A model generated the notes under the pieces. The model searched no databases. It saw nothing but the letters and a program-made list of their open reading frames with translations, and was not told where the DNA came from. DNA of 64,000 nt from an uncultured bacterium (lineage in GTDB: Bacteria; Patescibacteriota; Minisyncoccia; UBA6257; 2-01-FULL-56-20): positions 80,748 through 144,747 of the forward strand of contig OY970175.1 in NCBI GenBank assembly GCA_963707865.1. Direction: 5' to 3'. How positions within the stretch are numbered: the stretch's first letter is position 1; every line of letters begins with the position of its first letter. Below, in pieces: positions 10,434 through 24,242 of this stretch. A program made the position numbers and the translations under genes.

Positions 10434-10769
10434 ATGGACAATAAAGATAATCAAAGCGGTCACCCGGAGGGATGCAAGTGTTTTGCGTGCCACTGCGGGC
10501 GGTGCGGTTGCGGGCATTGGGGAGGTGGGTTTTCCTGGCTCCGGATCCTCCTCGCGGTTATCATCCTCGTCTTCGTGTTTGGGGTCGGTTTCAAGCTCGG
10601 CGAGCTCAAGAGTTCGTTTGAAAGATACGGCTCGCGCTCCGGTTACCACATGATGGGAGCGCCGTACTACACGGGTTCTCCAGCCCCCGGTATGATGGGG
10701 TGGCGCTACTATAATGGTGTGGTGAGCTCAACACCGCAGGCGACGGGAACGGCGCCGGCCGCGCAGTAA
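10434..10769 (+). CDS. Small membrane protein with Cys/His-rich N-terminus
   Basis: CKCFACHCGRCGCGH, one TM helix, Met/Gly-rich tail. Confidence 0.7.
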   Translation: MDNKDNQSGHPEGCKCFACHCGRCGCGHWGGGFSWLRILLAVIILVFVFGVGFKLGELKSSFERYGSRSGYHMMGAPYYTGSPAPGMMGWRYYNGVVSSTPQATGTAPAAQ

Positions 10770-10777
10770 GAGTTGGA

Positions 10778-11317
10778 ATGAAAATTTTAGGCATCGTAGG
10801 GAGTTTACGGAAAGGGTCGCTGAATCGCATGCTCGTGAGGGTTATCCAAGAGCTCGTGCCCGAGGGGATGACGGTTGAGATCGCAGAGATCGGAAACTTG
10901 CCGCTCTACAATCAGGACCTTGAGGCGAGCTACCCGAAGGAAGCGCAGGAATTGAAGGATAAGATCCGCGCGGCGGACGGCGTGATCATCGCGACGCCGG
11001 AGTACAATCGTTCCGTTCCGGGCGTTTTGAAGAATGCTATTGACTGGACCTCGCGGCCGTACGGGCAAAGCGCCTGGCCGGGAAAAGTGGTCGCCGTCGT
11101 TGGCGCCTCGGGCGGCGCCATCGGCACCGCGGTCGCGCAATCACATCTGAAGCAGATACTGCTTCACCTTGACGCCCGCGTGATCGGCCAGCCGGAGTTC
11201 TTCCTCGGCGGTGCCGTGGCAAGATTTGATAAGGACGGGAAGCTCACCGACGAAACGACAAAGGAACACATTGCGAAGCTCCTCGGCGTGCTCGGGGAGA
11301 AGATTCGTCAAAAATAG
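10778..11317 (+). CDS. NAD(P)H-dependent FMN reductase (ChrR-like)
   Basis: GSLRKGSLN, TPEYNRSVPGVLKNAIDW. Confidence 0.92.
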   Translation: MKILGIVGSLRKGSLNRMLVRVIQELVPEGMTVEIAEIGNLPLYNQDLEASYPKEAQELKDKIRAADGVIIATPEYNRSVPGVLKNAIDWTSRPYGQSAWPGKVVAVVGASGGAIGTAVAQSHLKQILLHLDARVIGQPEFFLGGAVARFDKDGKLTDETTKEHIAKLLGVLGEKIRQK

Positions 11318-11370
11318 CACGCGGTCGTTTTTCCTTGCGGAGGCGGCTTGGTTCTGTTAGTATGACCCCT

Positions 11371-12075
11371 ATGGATTTGTTGGTGCAAAAAAGGGAAAAA
11401 TTCGGGAAGCAGGTGAAAGTGCTCCGGAGGGAGGGCCTCATTCCTGCCGAGCTCTACGGTCACGGCCTTCCAAACACCCACCTTACGGTGCCGGCGAAGG
11501 ATTTTGGAAAAGCGTTCAAGGAGGCGGGCACGAATACGGTGATCACGCTTGTGGTTGATAAGGAGAAAAAGCCGGCGCTCATTTATGACGTTGTGCACAA
11601 TGCGCTGACGGGCGAGGTGGCGCACGTTGATTTTTATCAGGTGAGGATGGACGAAAAGATCAAAGCGAAGGTCCCGCTTGCATTCGTGGGTGAGTCGGCG
11701 GCGGTAAAAGAGAAGGGAGCGATCCTCAATAAATCAATGTCCGAAATTGAGGTAGAGGCGCTGCCGCGGGATTTGCCGCACAGTTTTGTCGTCAACCTTT
11801 CACTCCTTGATGATATCGGGAAGAGCGTGTACGTGCGCGACCTTGCAACGCCCAAGGGTGTGGAGTTGCTTATTGACGAGAATACGGCGATTGCGACGGC
11901 AAAGCCGCCCGCGCCGAAGGAGGAGGAAAAGCCAGTGGAGGAGGCGGTGCCGGATGTGTCTGCGGTGAAGGTGGAAACGGAGGAGAAAAAGGCGGAACGG
12001 GTAGCAGGGAAAACAGAGAGTGTGGAAAAGGAAGGAAAAAAGGAGGAGAAAACAGGGAAGCCCGATACCAAATAG
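11371..12075 (+). CDS. rplY: 50S ribosomal protein L25 (Ctc form)
   Basis: LRREGLIPAELYG, HVDFYQV, charged tail. Confidence 0.92.
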   Translation: MDLLVQKREKFGKQVKVLRREGLIPAELYGHGLPNTHLTVPAKDFGKAFKEAGTNTVITLVVDKEKKPALIYDVVHNALTGEVAHVDFYQVRMDEKIKAKVPLAFVGESAAVKEKGAILNKSMSEIEVEALPRDLPHSFVVNLSLLDDIGKSVYVRDLATPKGVELLIDENTAIATAKPPAPKEEEKPVEEAVPDVSAVKVETEEKKAERVAGKTESVEKEGKKEEKTGKPDTK

Positions 12076-12101
12076 GCCCCGTTTCCGTTATACTGTGAGT
12101 A

Positions 12102-13571
12102 ATGCAAAGACCTTTGCGACCAAAGGTGCTGGGTGATGTCACGCCGCGGCAGGGAATGCACGAGGGGCGATGGAACGCATTTGGCGGGGTGCCCGCACGG
12201 ATCAATTTATCTTACAAAAAGACGCTGCAGCTTCCCGTCGTGAAGTTCTTCAAAGCGGCGGTCGCTTTCTGCGGGGCGATTTTTTTGGTCTTTGGTTCGG
12301 TCGTGGCGCCTGCCATTTTCACCCGCGCCTCGGGCGATGCGGCGACGGCCACCGACACGACGGCGGAGCGTGCCCAGCTGCAAGACCAACTCCAGCAGCT
12401 TGAGGCGCAGATCAACCAGTACGAGGGTCAGATTGCGAGCTACGAGAAGCAAGGGAATACGCTGAACGGTCAGATTTCCACGTTGAACGCCAAAATCGCG
12501 AAATTAAATTTACAGATCCAGGCGACCAACCTCACCATCTCGCAATTGAACGGTCAGATCGCGAACACCCAAACGCAGATTGCGACTACGCAGGCGGACA
12601 TCGTGAGCAAGAGAACGGCGATCGGAGGGCTCATGCAGAGTTTGTATGAGAACGATCAGGTGAACCTGCTCCAAATGTTTTTAAAGAACCCACACCTTTC
12701 GGATTTTTGGAACGATACCGAGAATATCACGCTTGTGCAGGATAATCTGCGCGTGACCGTGCAACAGGTTACGGATCTTCAAAACCAATTGCAAGACCAA
12801 GAACAGCAATTCCAAGCGTCCAAAGCGGACGCGGCGAGCGCGGCGGCGTACCAGCAGGCGCAGGCGAGCGAAGTATCGGGCGCGAAAAGCCAGAAATCGG
12901 AGCTTCTCGCGGAAACCAAAGGACAAGAAATAAAGTATCAGGCGCTCCTCGCACAAACAAAGGCCACGGCGGCGCAGATTAGGAACCGGATCTTCCAATT
13001 GTTGGGCGGGGGGCAACTTACCTTTGAGCAGGCGTATCAATACGCGAAACTTGCTTCAAGTGCGACAGGGATAGACCCCGCTTTTATCCTTGCGATTTTG
13101 GACCGCGAGTCGGCGTTGGGCGAGAACGTGGGGAAATGCGGCTACAAGACGGCGATGCGGCCCTCGGAAATTCCCGTTTTTCTTCAAATTACCCAGGCGC
13201 TCAATCTTGACCCGAATACAATGACGGTATCCTGCCCGAACGCGGATGGTGCGTACGGCGGCGCCATGGGACCGGCGCAATTCGTCCCTTCCACGTGGAT
13301 GTTGTATACGAACGAGGTGCAGAATATCACGAACGACAATCCTCCGTCGCCATGGAACAATGCGGATGCGTTCGCGGCGACGGCGCTTTACCTGCAGGAT
13401 GCGATGACCGGCTGCAAATCCGTCTATAGTTCCGCCGTGAGCCAGGAGCGGTGCACGGCGGCGAAGTATTACGCGGGAGGCCGCTGGAAGAACTATTTAT
13501 GGACCTATGGCGAGGCGGTCGTCACACGGGCGCAGAGCTTCGCGGACGACATTCAGACGATCACGTCATGA
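12102..13571 (+). CDS. Coiled-coil protein with C-terminal lytic murein transglycosylase domain
   Basis: Gln-rich coiled coil; RES catalytic Glu and GAMGPAQFVPSTW. Confidence 0.85.
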   Translation: MQRPLRPKVLGDVTPRQGMHEGRWNAFGGVPARINLSYKKTLQLPVVKFFKAAVAFCGAIFLVFGSVVAPAIFTRASGDAATATDTTAERAQLQDQLQQLEAQINQYEGQIASYEKQGNTLNGQISTLNAKIAKLNLQIQATNLTISQLNGQIANTQTQIATTQADIVSKRTAIGGLMQSLYENDQVNLLQMFLKNPHLSDFWNDTENITLVQDNLRVTVQQVTDLQNQLQDQEQQFQASKADAASAAAYQQAQASEVSGAKSQKSELLAETKGQEIKYQALLAQTKATAAQIRNRIFQLLGGGQLTFEQAYQYAKLASSATGIDPAFILAILDRESALGENVGKCGYKTAMRPSEIPVFLQITQALNLDPNTMTVSCPNADGAYGGAMGPAQFVPSTWMLYTNEVQNITNDNPPSPWNNADAFAATALYLQDAMTGCKSVYSSAVSQERCTAAKYYAGGRWKNYLWTYGEAVVTRAQSFADDIQTITS

Positions 13572-14845
13572 AGCCCATAAAAAAGATCGTTCTCAAAAAC
13601 GGTTTGCGCCTGATCCTTGTGCCGCAGCCCTCGGGGCTCGCGGCAAGCGTTTTGATATTGGTGGAAGCCGGGTCAGAATACGAGACAAAAGACAAGAACG
13701 GCATCTCGCACTTTTTGGAGCACATGACCTTTAAGGGCACGGCACGCCGGCCGCAGGCCGGGATGATCGCCGAGGAGATTGCGGCCTTGGGTGCCCAGGC
13801 CAATGCGTTTACGACACAGGAGTTCACGGGCTATTGGGCAAAGGCAGAAGCGCGGAAGCTCCCCCAAATTCTTGATATCGTGACCGACCTCTATTTAAAT
13901 CCTATTTTAGCACCGGAGGAGATTGAGAAAGAACGGGGAGTGATCATTGAGGAAATGAACATGTATGAGGATATACCGATGCGGAGGGTAGGGGACGTGC
14001 TAAGTTTCCTCCTCTATGGCGACCAGCCAGCCGGATGGAAGGTGGATGGTGAAAAGGATATCATTAAAAAACTTTCGCGGAGAGATTTTGTCGCATACCG
14101 CAACGAACGATACGTGATGCCGGGAACGGTGGTGGTCGTTGCCGGAAAGTTCAACGAGAAAAAGGTGGTGAGCGAGGTGCGCCGCGCGTTCAGCGGGACT
14201 CCGCGGCGCCGCGTTCGGAGGAAAACGGAGACCTGTGAGCGCCAATCAAGGCCGCGACTTGCGGTGAAGTTCAAAAAATCCGATCAGGGACACCTCGCGT
14301 TCGGGTTCCGGGCGTTTAATATTCACGACCCACGGCGCTACGCGCTCCAGGTGCTCGTGGATATTCTCGGAGGGGGTATGAGTTCGCGGCTTTGGAAGCG
14401 CGTGCGCGAGGAGCTTGGCGCGGCATATTACGTGCAGGCAGAGGCCGATCTTTCCCTTGATCACGGCATGCTTGGAATATCCGCCGGCGCGGATCGCACG
14501 AGAATCGGGGCCGTCGTAGAAGCCATTCTTGCGGAATGTCGGAAACTGAGCAGGGAATCGGTTCCCGAAAAAGAACTTCAGAAATCAAAGGACCATCTTA
14601 TAGGAAGCCTTATCCTTGGCCTTGAGACCTCGGATGAACTCGGCAGTTTTTACGGGGGGCAGGAGATCCTTACGAAGGTCCTTTTGCCGCCGGAGCGAAT
14701 TATAGATAGAATAAAAGCGACGACGGCGGCGGAAGTGCGGTCGGTCGCCCGGACCATTTTCAGAAATCAAGGGCTCAATCTTGCCGTCATCGGGCCCTAC
14801 CGCAACCGAACCATGTTCAAAAAAATTCTCATGTTACCACGATGA
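13568..14845 (+). CDS. M16 (pitrilysin) family Zn peptidase
   Basis: HFLEH inverted zinc motif, NAFT, GGGMSSRL. Confidence 0.92.
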   Translation: MKPIKKIVLKNGLRLILVPQPSGLAASVLILVEAGSEYETKDKNGISHFLEHMTFKGTARRPQAGMIAEEIAALGAQANAFTTQEFTGYWAKAEARKLPQILDIVTDLYLNPILAPEEIEKERGVIIEEMNMYEDIPMRRVGDVLSFLLYGDQPAGWKVDGEKDIIKKLSRRDFVAYRNERYVMPGTVVVVAGKFNEKKVVSEVRRAFSGTPRRRVRRKTETCERQSRPRLAVKFKKSDQGHLAFGFRAFNIHDPRRYALQVLVDILGGGMSSRLWKRVREELGAAYYVQAEADLSLDHGMLGISAGADRTRIGAVVEAILAECRKLSRESVPEKELQKSKDHLIGSLILGLETSDELGSFYGGQEILTKVLLPPERIIDRIKATTAAEVRSVARTIFRNQGLNLAVIGPYRNRTMFKKILMLPR

Positions 14846-15855
14846 CGGAAAAACGCCTCTTTGAAATTTCCTGGGCAAGTTTGTGGCGAATACTTCTCTT
14901 TGTCGTTTTAGTCGCGATTTTGTACGAGGGAAGGCAGATCATCCTCGGACTTTTCCTTGCCATCATCATTTCTTCCGGCCTTGAGTGGTTTGTGGATATT
15001 CTTGAGCGTGCAGGACTCCCGCGCAGCGTGGGCGTGATCCTCATATTTCTCGTTGCGGTACTTTTACTTGTCTTTATCGTTTATTCCCTTGCGCCCGTCA
15101 TCATCGTGGAATTGAACACGATTTTCTCCGGCAGCGGGCAGGCAGCGGCTGGCAGCTGGGGGACGCTATTAAGCTTACGGGCATCGCAGTCCGTGAGTGG
15201 CTTCGTGAGCAAGTTTTCTTCATCACTTTTTGCAGGCAACACCTCGCCCTTGGATATCTTTTCCAATGCCGTGGGGAGCGTAGGGCTCGTTGTGGCCGTC
15301 ATTCTCTGCTCGTTTTATCTGAGCTTGAGCAGGGACGGGGTGGAGCGGTTCCTCCGGGTGGTCGTTCCGCCGTCGTATGAAGCGACGGCCCTCACCATCT
15401 ACGAACGCTCGCGAAAGCTCATCAGCTCGTGGTTCCGCACGCAGATCCTCTTAAGCTTCGTATTTGGATTTACGGTATGGGTCGGTCTCGCACTCCTCGG
15501 TGTGAAGTATAGTTTCCTTATCGCGTTCCTCGCGGGCATTTTTGAGCTCGTGCCGTTCGTGGGGCCGTTTCTTTCCGGCGCACTTGCCGTGATCTCGGCG
15601 CTCTCCACGTCCACGACGCTCGCGATCTACACGTTGATATTCTTCGTCATCGCCGAACAGTTTGAGGCAAATGTTCTTGTGCCGCTCCTGAACCAGCAGA
15701 TCGTGGGCATCCATCCGGTCATCGTGATCGTCGCATTGCTCATCGGCGCCGAGGTGGGCGGCATTTTGGGCATCATCATTTCGGTTCCTGCCGCAGGAAT
15801 TTTCCAGGAGGTCATTCGGGAGTGGTCAACCAAGCGGCGCAGCGTGGCGACATAG
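14842..15855 (+). CDS. AI-2E family transporter
   Basis: VPFVGP, E.NVLVP, HPV..ALL.G..GG..G...VP. Confidence 0.88.
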   Translation: MTEKRLFEISWASLWRILLFVVLVAILYEGRQIILGLFLAIIISSGLEWFVDILERAGLPRSVGVILIFLVAVLLLVFIVYSLAPVIIVELNTIFSGSGQAAAGSWGTLLSLRASQSVSGFVSKFSSSLFAGNTSPLDIFSNAVGSVGLVVAVILCSFYLSLSRDGVERFLRVVVPPSYEATALTIYERSRKLISSWFRTQILLSFVFGFTVWVGLALLGVKYSFLIAFLAGIFELVPFVGPFLSGALAVISALSTSTTLAIYTLIFFVIAEQFEANVLVPLLNQQIVGIHPVIVIVALLIGAEVGGILGIIISVPAAGIFQEVIREWSTKRRSVAT

Positions 15856-15863
15856 TTCTCAGC

Positions 15864-17294
15864 ATGGACCGATTTTACATTACGACCCCTATTTATTACG
15901 TGAATGATAAGCCGCATATTGGTACTGCGTATACCACAGTCGTCGCGGACATGCTTGCGCGGTGGCGGCGCACGTACGACGAGGACGTGTGCTTCCTCAC
16001 TGGCACCGATGAGTTCGCGCAGAAGACTGTAGATGCGGCAAAAAAGGCAGGAGAAGAAACGCAGGCGTACGCCGACCGGATGGCTGCGGTATGGCGCTCC
16101 ACGTGGGAAAAACTCGGCATCTCCAACACGGATTTCATCCGCACGACCGAGCCGAGGCACATGGAGGTTGTGCAGGAGATTTGGCGGCGCGTGCAGGCGG
16201 CGGGGGATATCTACAAGGGAAAATACGAAGGACTCTATTGCAAGGGCTGCGAGGCCTTCAAGAACGAGGATGAACTTGTAGACGGCCTCTGTCCGGACCA
16301 CAAGACGAAACCCGAGTTCGTGTCCGAGGAAAATTATTTCTTCTGCCTTTCCAATTATCAAAAAAGACTTTTGGATTTCTACGACACACAGAGTGATTTC
16401 GTGGTTCCCTCGTATCGCTTGAACGAAGTGAAAAGTTTCGTTGCGGCCGGGCTTGAGGATATCAGTATTTCCCGCGCGAAACGCTCGTGGGGGATCCCGG
16501 TGCCGGACGATCCGGGACAGGTGATCTACGTTTGGTTTGACGCGCTCGTCAATTACATTTCGGCGGTCGGCATTGAGGCATGGGAAGACCATCCGGCGGA
16601 CGTTCATGTGATGGCAAAAGACATCATCCGCTTCCACGCGGTGATCTGGCCCGCAATGCTCATGTCGGCGGGCCTGCCGCTTCCGGGGCAGATCGTCGCG
16701 CACGGGTTCTTAACCATGAATGGCGTGAAGATTTCCAAATCACTGGGCAATGTGATCAATCCACTGGATATCTCGGAAAAGTATGGAAACGACGCTCTCC
16801 GGTATTTCCTGCTCCGCGAGATACCGTTCGGGGAGGATGGAGATTTTTCGGAAGCGAAGGCGGGGGAACGCTACCGAAGCGACCTTGCGAACGGGCTGGG
16901 CAATTTTGCCGCACGCGTACTCGCGCTTGCGGAAAAAGAGGAGGAGCTTACTTGTGCATTGCCCAGCCACGAGTTTGAGCAGCGAATCGTGGACATGAAA
17001 CACGTTGTACACGAAAAGATTGGCGAGTATAAATTTTCGGAGGCGCTTGCGGCAATTTGGGCAGCGATCGCGTTCGGCGATCGCTACGTGGAAGAGAAAA
17101 AGATCTGGGAGATCAAGGATGAGGCGAAGCGGAGGCTCGTACTATGCAATCTCGTGCTGCTTTTAGAGAGCGTGGCCGAGGTGCTCGTACCATTTTTGCC
17201 GGATACCGCTCAGAAGATTCGCGCAGCCATTGTGCGAAAAGGAGAGATCTTCAATGCGAAGAAAACGGAAATTCTTTTCCCGCGGCTCAAATAA
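15864..17294 (+). CDS. metG: Methionine--tRNA ligase (short form)
   Basis: ITTPIYYVN.KPHIG, YVWFDAL, KDIIRFH, KISKS. Confidence 0.95.
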   Translation: MDRFYITTPIYYVNDKPHIGTAYTTVVADMLARWRRTYDEDVCFLTGTDEFAQKTVDAAKKAGEETQAYADRMAAVWRSTWEKLGISNTDFIRTTEPRHMEVVQEIWRRVQAAGDIYKGKYEGLYCKGCEAFKNEDELVDGLCPDHKTKPEFVSEENYFFCLSNYQKRLLDFYDTQSDFVVPSYRLNEVKSFVAAGLEDISISRAKRSWGIPVPDDPGQVIYVWFDALVNYISAVGIEAWEDHPADVHVMAKDIIRFHAVIWPAMLMSAGLPLPGQIVAHGFLTMNGVKISKSLGNVINPLDISEKYGNDALRYFLLREIPFGEDGDFSEAKAGERYRSDLANGLGNFAARVLALAEKEEELTCALPSHEFEQRIVDMKHVVHEKIGEYKFSEALAAIWAAIAFGDRYVEEKKIWEIKDEAKRRLVLCNLVLLLESVAEVLVPFLPDTAQKIRAAIVRKGEIFNAKKTEILFPRLK

Positions 17295-17296
17295 CC

Positions 17297-18169
17297 ATGG
17301 AGTTTTTTGACGCGCATGCCCATGTGCAGTTTTCCGCATACGACGCCGACCGCGAGTCGGCGATCCAGCGTGCGGAGGACGCCCATGTGCGCGTGGTGAA
17401 CGTGGGCACCCAGCGTGACACCTCTGCGCGCGCCGTAGCGCTTGCGGAACAGCATGCCGGTTTCTACGCTGCGGTGGGACTCCATCCCATCCATACAAGC
17501 AAGTCCTATCACGATACGGATGAGCTTGGCGGGGGAGAAACGGCGAAAGCATTCATTTCCCGCGGCGAATCGTTTGACCCCGATCGTTACAAGGCGCTTG
17601 CCCTTCATCCGAAGACCGTTGCCATCGGGGAATGCGGGCTGGATTATTTTCGTTTCAATGAGAACGAGAGCCGCGAGGAGCAAATAGAAAGACAGAAAGC
17701 GGCGTTCCTCGCGCAGATAACATTCGCGCGCGAAGTGAAAAAGCCGCTCATGATCCATTGCCGCGACGCATTCGCGGACCTCATTCATTTATTGAAGGAG
17801 AGCGCATCCGGATTTCCCGCCAGCGGCCCCGGCGTCATCCATTTTTTTACCGGCACTGTCATTGATGCAAAACAATTGCTTGACCTCGGATTTTATTTCA
17901 CATTCGGCGGCGTGATCACGTTTCCGCCACGGAAAGGAAAAGCCGAAGGTGACTACGATGCGATCGTGAAAATGATCCCGGTAGATCGCCTGCTTTCCGA
18001 AACCGATGCGCCCTATGTCGCGCCCGTGCCCTATCGCGGCAAACGCAATGAACCCGCCTATATAGTTGAGGTGGTGAAAAAACTCGCCGAGCTCAAAAGT
18101 TTTTCCTTTGAAAAAATGGCGGAGCAGATTTTTCGGAATGCGCAGCGGGTTTTCAAGATAGAATCTTGA
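17297..18169 (+). CDS. tatD: TatD family DNase
   Basis: DAHAH, GLHP, GECGLD, IHCR, ETDAPY. Confidence 0.92.
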   Translation: MEFFDAHAHVQFSAYDADRESAIQRAEDAHVRVVNVGTQRDTSARAVALAEQHAGFYAAVGLHPIHTSKSYHDTDELGGGETAKAFISRGESFDPDRYKALALHPKTVAIGECGLDYFRFNENESREEQIERQKAAFLAQITFAREVKKPLMIHCRDAFADLIHLLKESASGFPASGPGVIHFFTGTVIDAKQLLDLGFYFTFGGVITFPPRKGKAEGDYDAIVKMIPVDRLLSETDAPYVAPVPYRGKRNEPAYIVEVVKKLAELKSFSFEKMAEQIFRNAQRVFKIES

Positions 18170-18332
18170 CTGGTAGAAGTTCTCATATTATCCTAAAAGA
18201 TGTTCCTTTTGGGCGTTTTTCTTAACCGGCCGCGCCGAGGCGGCGCGGCCCCGACCAAGTCCCCGCTGGTCTTTTACCAGCGGGGCACATTCTTTTCAAT
18301 GCTTGCGAATCGGTTTACAATGTGAAATATCT

Positions 18333-21268
<2,936 letters not shown>

Positions 21269-21269
<1 letters not shown>

Positions 21270-22168
21270 TGGCGCGCATTATCTTTGTGGCAGTGGTTAT
21301 CTTCGTCCTCGGCACAGCGATCTATTTTTTCAGCACGGGCCATACCAACTTCAAGCTGTTCCCTCTTCTTCCTCCCGCACCCTCGTCTTCATACCAAGCC
21401 GCTTCTTCGACGCAGTCGTACGCGGTTTCCAATCCCACTTCCACCACCATAACGGCGGCGCCCACATCCTCTTCTTATCAGGGGGATGTTCCCGAAGGGT
21501 TTACGGCGGACGAACTCTCGCCGTACTACAGGCAAGTTCGCTTCGGCGTCGTATCTCCTGCATATTCTTATTACTACGGTTCCTACGGGCAGATTACGCT
21601 CTATGCGTATCCTAACAACCGGTCATCAAGTGTTGACGTGACGGGATGGGAGATCAAGGGGAACCACGGCGGCGAATATATTCCCCAAGCCGTCAATGTT
21701 TACGACCCGCTGGGGTTGAATCCCCCCATGGATATTTTTATGAGGAGCGGCGACTATCTGAATCTTTACTCAAACTCGGCGCCCACAAATCTCCGACTCA
21801 ACGAATGTATCGGTTATCTTCCGAATCAGAGCCAGTTCAATCCGTCGTTGCCGCAGAGTTGTCCCTACGTTGACCGGTCGGAGATCCAGACGTTCAGCGG
21901 TGCATGCCAGAATTACATTCTTTCGCTCGGCAGCTGCCAACGCCCCAACCTCAACAGTTTTTCCATTCCGCAAAACGATTATGCCTGCTTGAATTATTTA
22001 AATACCCACCTCAACTATCTCTCGTGCTTCAACGCGCACAGGAGCGATTCCAACTTTCTTTCCAATGAGGTGCGCGTGTGGATGGGATCCAGCCCCATTG
22101 ACCAGTTCCACGACCGCGTGGAGCTACTGGATAGGAACGATCTCCTTGTGAACCTTTACACCTATTAG
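21269..22168 (+). CDS. Membrane-anchored extracellular protein with Cys-rich domain
   Basis: N-terminal TM, Ser/Thr/Pro linker, VDVTGW.I motif, several Cys. Confidence 0.7.
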
Positions 22169-23218
22169 TTATTTCCGCTCCGCAAGCGATACCTTCATCA
22201 CGAGTTCCTTTCCTTCGCGGAGTACGGCGAGCGTCACCTCGTCGCCCACGTTCAAATTCTCCAGAAAGTCCTGGATGGGATGGTCGCGGTCAAGCTTCGC
22301 GCCGTTCAGTGTGAGCACGATGTCTTTTTCTTTGAGGCCTGCTTTTTCCGCAGGGCTTTCGGGAACCACGGCGGAATCGTGCTCGCTTTCGCGGATGACG
22401 AGCGCGCCGTAGTTTACGGACAGATTCATTTTTGCCTTCATGTCGTCGTCGATCATCATATAGCGAAGCCCAAGAAGCGGCCGGCGGATGCGGCCATATT
22501 TTTTGATGTCATCCAGGTCCCGCTTCGCGGCGTTCACGGGGATCGCAAATCCGATACTCTGCGCGCCCGAGACGATCGCGGCGTTCACGGCGACGACGTT
22601 CCCGTCTGCGTCCACGAGCGGCCCGCCGGAATTGCCCGGATTGATCGCGGCGTCGGTCTGGATGAGGCCCCGCATCTCTTGCGGCGGCGCGTCCGGCTCC
22701 GCCTGCGCGGTGATCGCGCGCGAGAGGCCGGAAACAATGCCTACGGACACCGTGTTCTTAAAAACGCCGAGCGCGTTCCCGATCGCGATCAAGCTCTGGC
22801 CGAGCTGTAATTTCGTTGCATCGCCAAGATTCAGACAGGGGAGCCCTTCCACTTTTATTTTCAAAATCGCCACGTCATTAATCGGGTCGCGGCTCAAGAT
22901 CTCCGCGGGGAATCGCCGCTCGTCGTTCAGGATCACTGTGTATTCCGCTTTCGGATCGCTTATCACATGCTTGTTCGTAAGGATGAGCCCGTTCGCGTCC
23001 ACGATGAATCCCGATCCGCCACCTATCTGCACCATGCCGCGCTTGTCAACCAAATCCTCTGGGATCTGCAGTTTCTCGCCGCTGGGCCCGCCGGGAATGA
23101 AGGGATAGAGCTCTTTTGGCAGCTCTTTTTCCAGATCCTCAAGATGCTTCGCAATGGCGATGGAGACCACCGCCGGCATCACCTTCTTCACCGTCCTGAT
23201 CACGCGCTTGTCGTCCAT
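22169..23218 (-). CDS. HtrA/DegP serine protease with PDZ domain
   Basis: TNKHV, QTDAAINPGNSGGPL, PDZ SPAEKAGL. Confidence 0.93.
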   Translation of the reverse strand: MDDKRVIRTVKKVMPAVVSIAIAKHLEDLEKELPKELYPFIPGGPSGEKLQIPEDLVDKRGMVQIGGGSGFIVDANGLILTNKHVISDPKAEYTVILNDERRFPAEILSRDPINDVAILKIKVEGLPCLNLGDATKLQLGQSLIAIGNALGVFKNTVSVGIVSGLSRAITAQAEPDAPPQEMRGLIQTDAAINPGNSGGPLVDADGNVVAVNAAIVSGAQSIGFAIPVNAAKRDLDDIKKYGRIRRPLLGLRYMMIDDDMKAKMNLSVNYGALVIRESEHDSAVVPESPAEKAGLKEKDIVLTLNGAKLDRDHPIQDFLENLNVGDEVTLAVLREGKELVMKVSLAERK

Positions 23219-23236
23219 GGGTTTATTGTAACACGC

Positions 23237-23326
23237 TGGCGGAGGGTGGAGGATTCGAACCTCCGAGGGGATCTCTCCCCAACCGCATTTCGAGTGCGGC
23301 GCAATAGACCACTATGCGAACCCTCC
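23237..23326 (-). tRNA. tRNA-Ser(CGA)
   Basis: Cloverleaf with long variable arm, anticodon arm CCGCA-CTCGAAA-TGCGG, encoded CCA. Confidence 0.93.
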
Positions 23327-23422
23327 TATTTTATGTGCGGCGATAATGGTCTCAGCCGCTCTGGTACGCCTCCAACAGAAATATTCTAGGGAGAAATCGG
23401 TTAAAAAACAAGAAAATTAGAG

Positions 23423-23458
23423 AAGGGCGTCCCGGAGGTGAATTTCCAGAACGCCCTT
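23423..23458 (-). terminator. Putative intrinsic terminator
   Basis: AAGGGCGT...ACGCCCTT stem downstream of the minus-strand ORF. Confidence 0.5.
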
Positions 23459-23482
23459 ATCTTACGATCAATGCTTCACTGC

Positions 23483-24160
23483 TCAGTGCTGCTCGCCGGT
23501 CTCTTCCAGTCGGCGTAGTTCTCGAACAATCGCCCTTCCGATTACGAACCTGATGGGTTCGGGCAGTGGTTCGTAGGGGAGCGTGTAGGCCAACTCGTCG
23601 TTCCTAAGTCGGCACAATCGGCAGGTTTGGAGATGTGCCCGTCCACGTGCTATTTCCCCGCTCAAGGTTGATGCCAACCCAAGTTGGGATTCGCGACAGG
23701 CAACCTGCCTCCTCCTCTGGAGTTCACCGTTGGCCAGGGCCACGATGATCTTGACAGTCTCCGTGGGGCAGAGAGTCGGCGGTTCTCCCGAAATGTCGAT
23801 TTCCGTAAGTGCCTCGTTGACATGGAATCGGGAAGACCACCGGTCGTCCTGTTCGAGGACAGAGTAAAGATGATGTCTTATAAATTCTACCTGGCGCGAG
23901 CTCAAGGGGATCTGCAACCCCCCTCCCTCAAACGCTAAGTGTTTCCTGGCCGCTTCGGTCAGCGGCAAGAGAGGGATTATAACTCCCGCATTCCTGTTCG
24001 TCGGTCGTTCTTGTGTACAAAGAACGACTCGTCCCGTCAAATAAATCGGCTGGACGAAGGTTGAAGTTGATCTGGGAGTTGTTGTCAACACCCCCGACCG
24101 TAATGGAAGAGCAGCGTTCGTCGTTTGCAATCGGCACACTCCTATGGTGGCAATGGCCAC
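23483..24160 (-). CDS. Orphan hypothetical protein (start uncertain)
   Basis: Long ORF filling the gap between two tRNAs, HLQTCRLC motif; no family recognised. Confidence 0.4.
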   Translation of the reverse strand: MAIATIGVCRLQTTNAALPLRSGVLTTTPRSTSTFVQPIYLTGRVVLCTQERPTNRNAGVIIPLLPLTEAARKHLAFEGGGLQIPLSSRQVEFIRHHLYSVLEQDDRWSSRFHVNEALTEIDISGEPPTLCPTETVKIIVALANGELQRRRQVACRESQLGLASTLSGEIARGRAHLQTCRLCRLRNDELAYTLPYEPLPEPIRFVIGRAIVRELRRLEETGEQH

Positions 24161-24242
24161 AATTTTCTTGCGATCTTACCGTTGTTTATTCTACCACAAT
24201 TGGCCCAAAAAAGAAAGGAGTTTCGGTTATATGTGTATAGTG

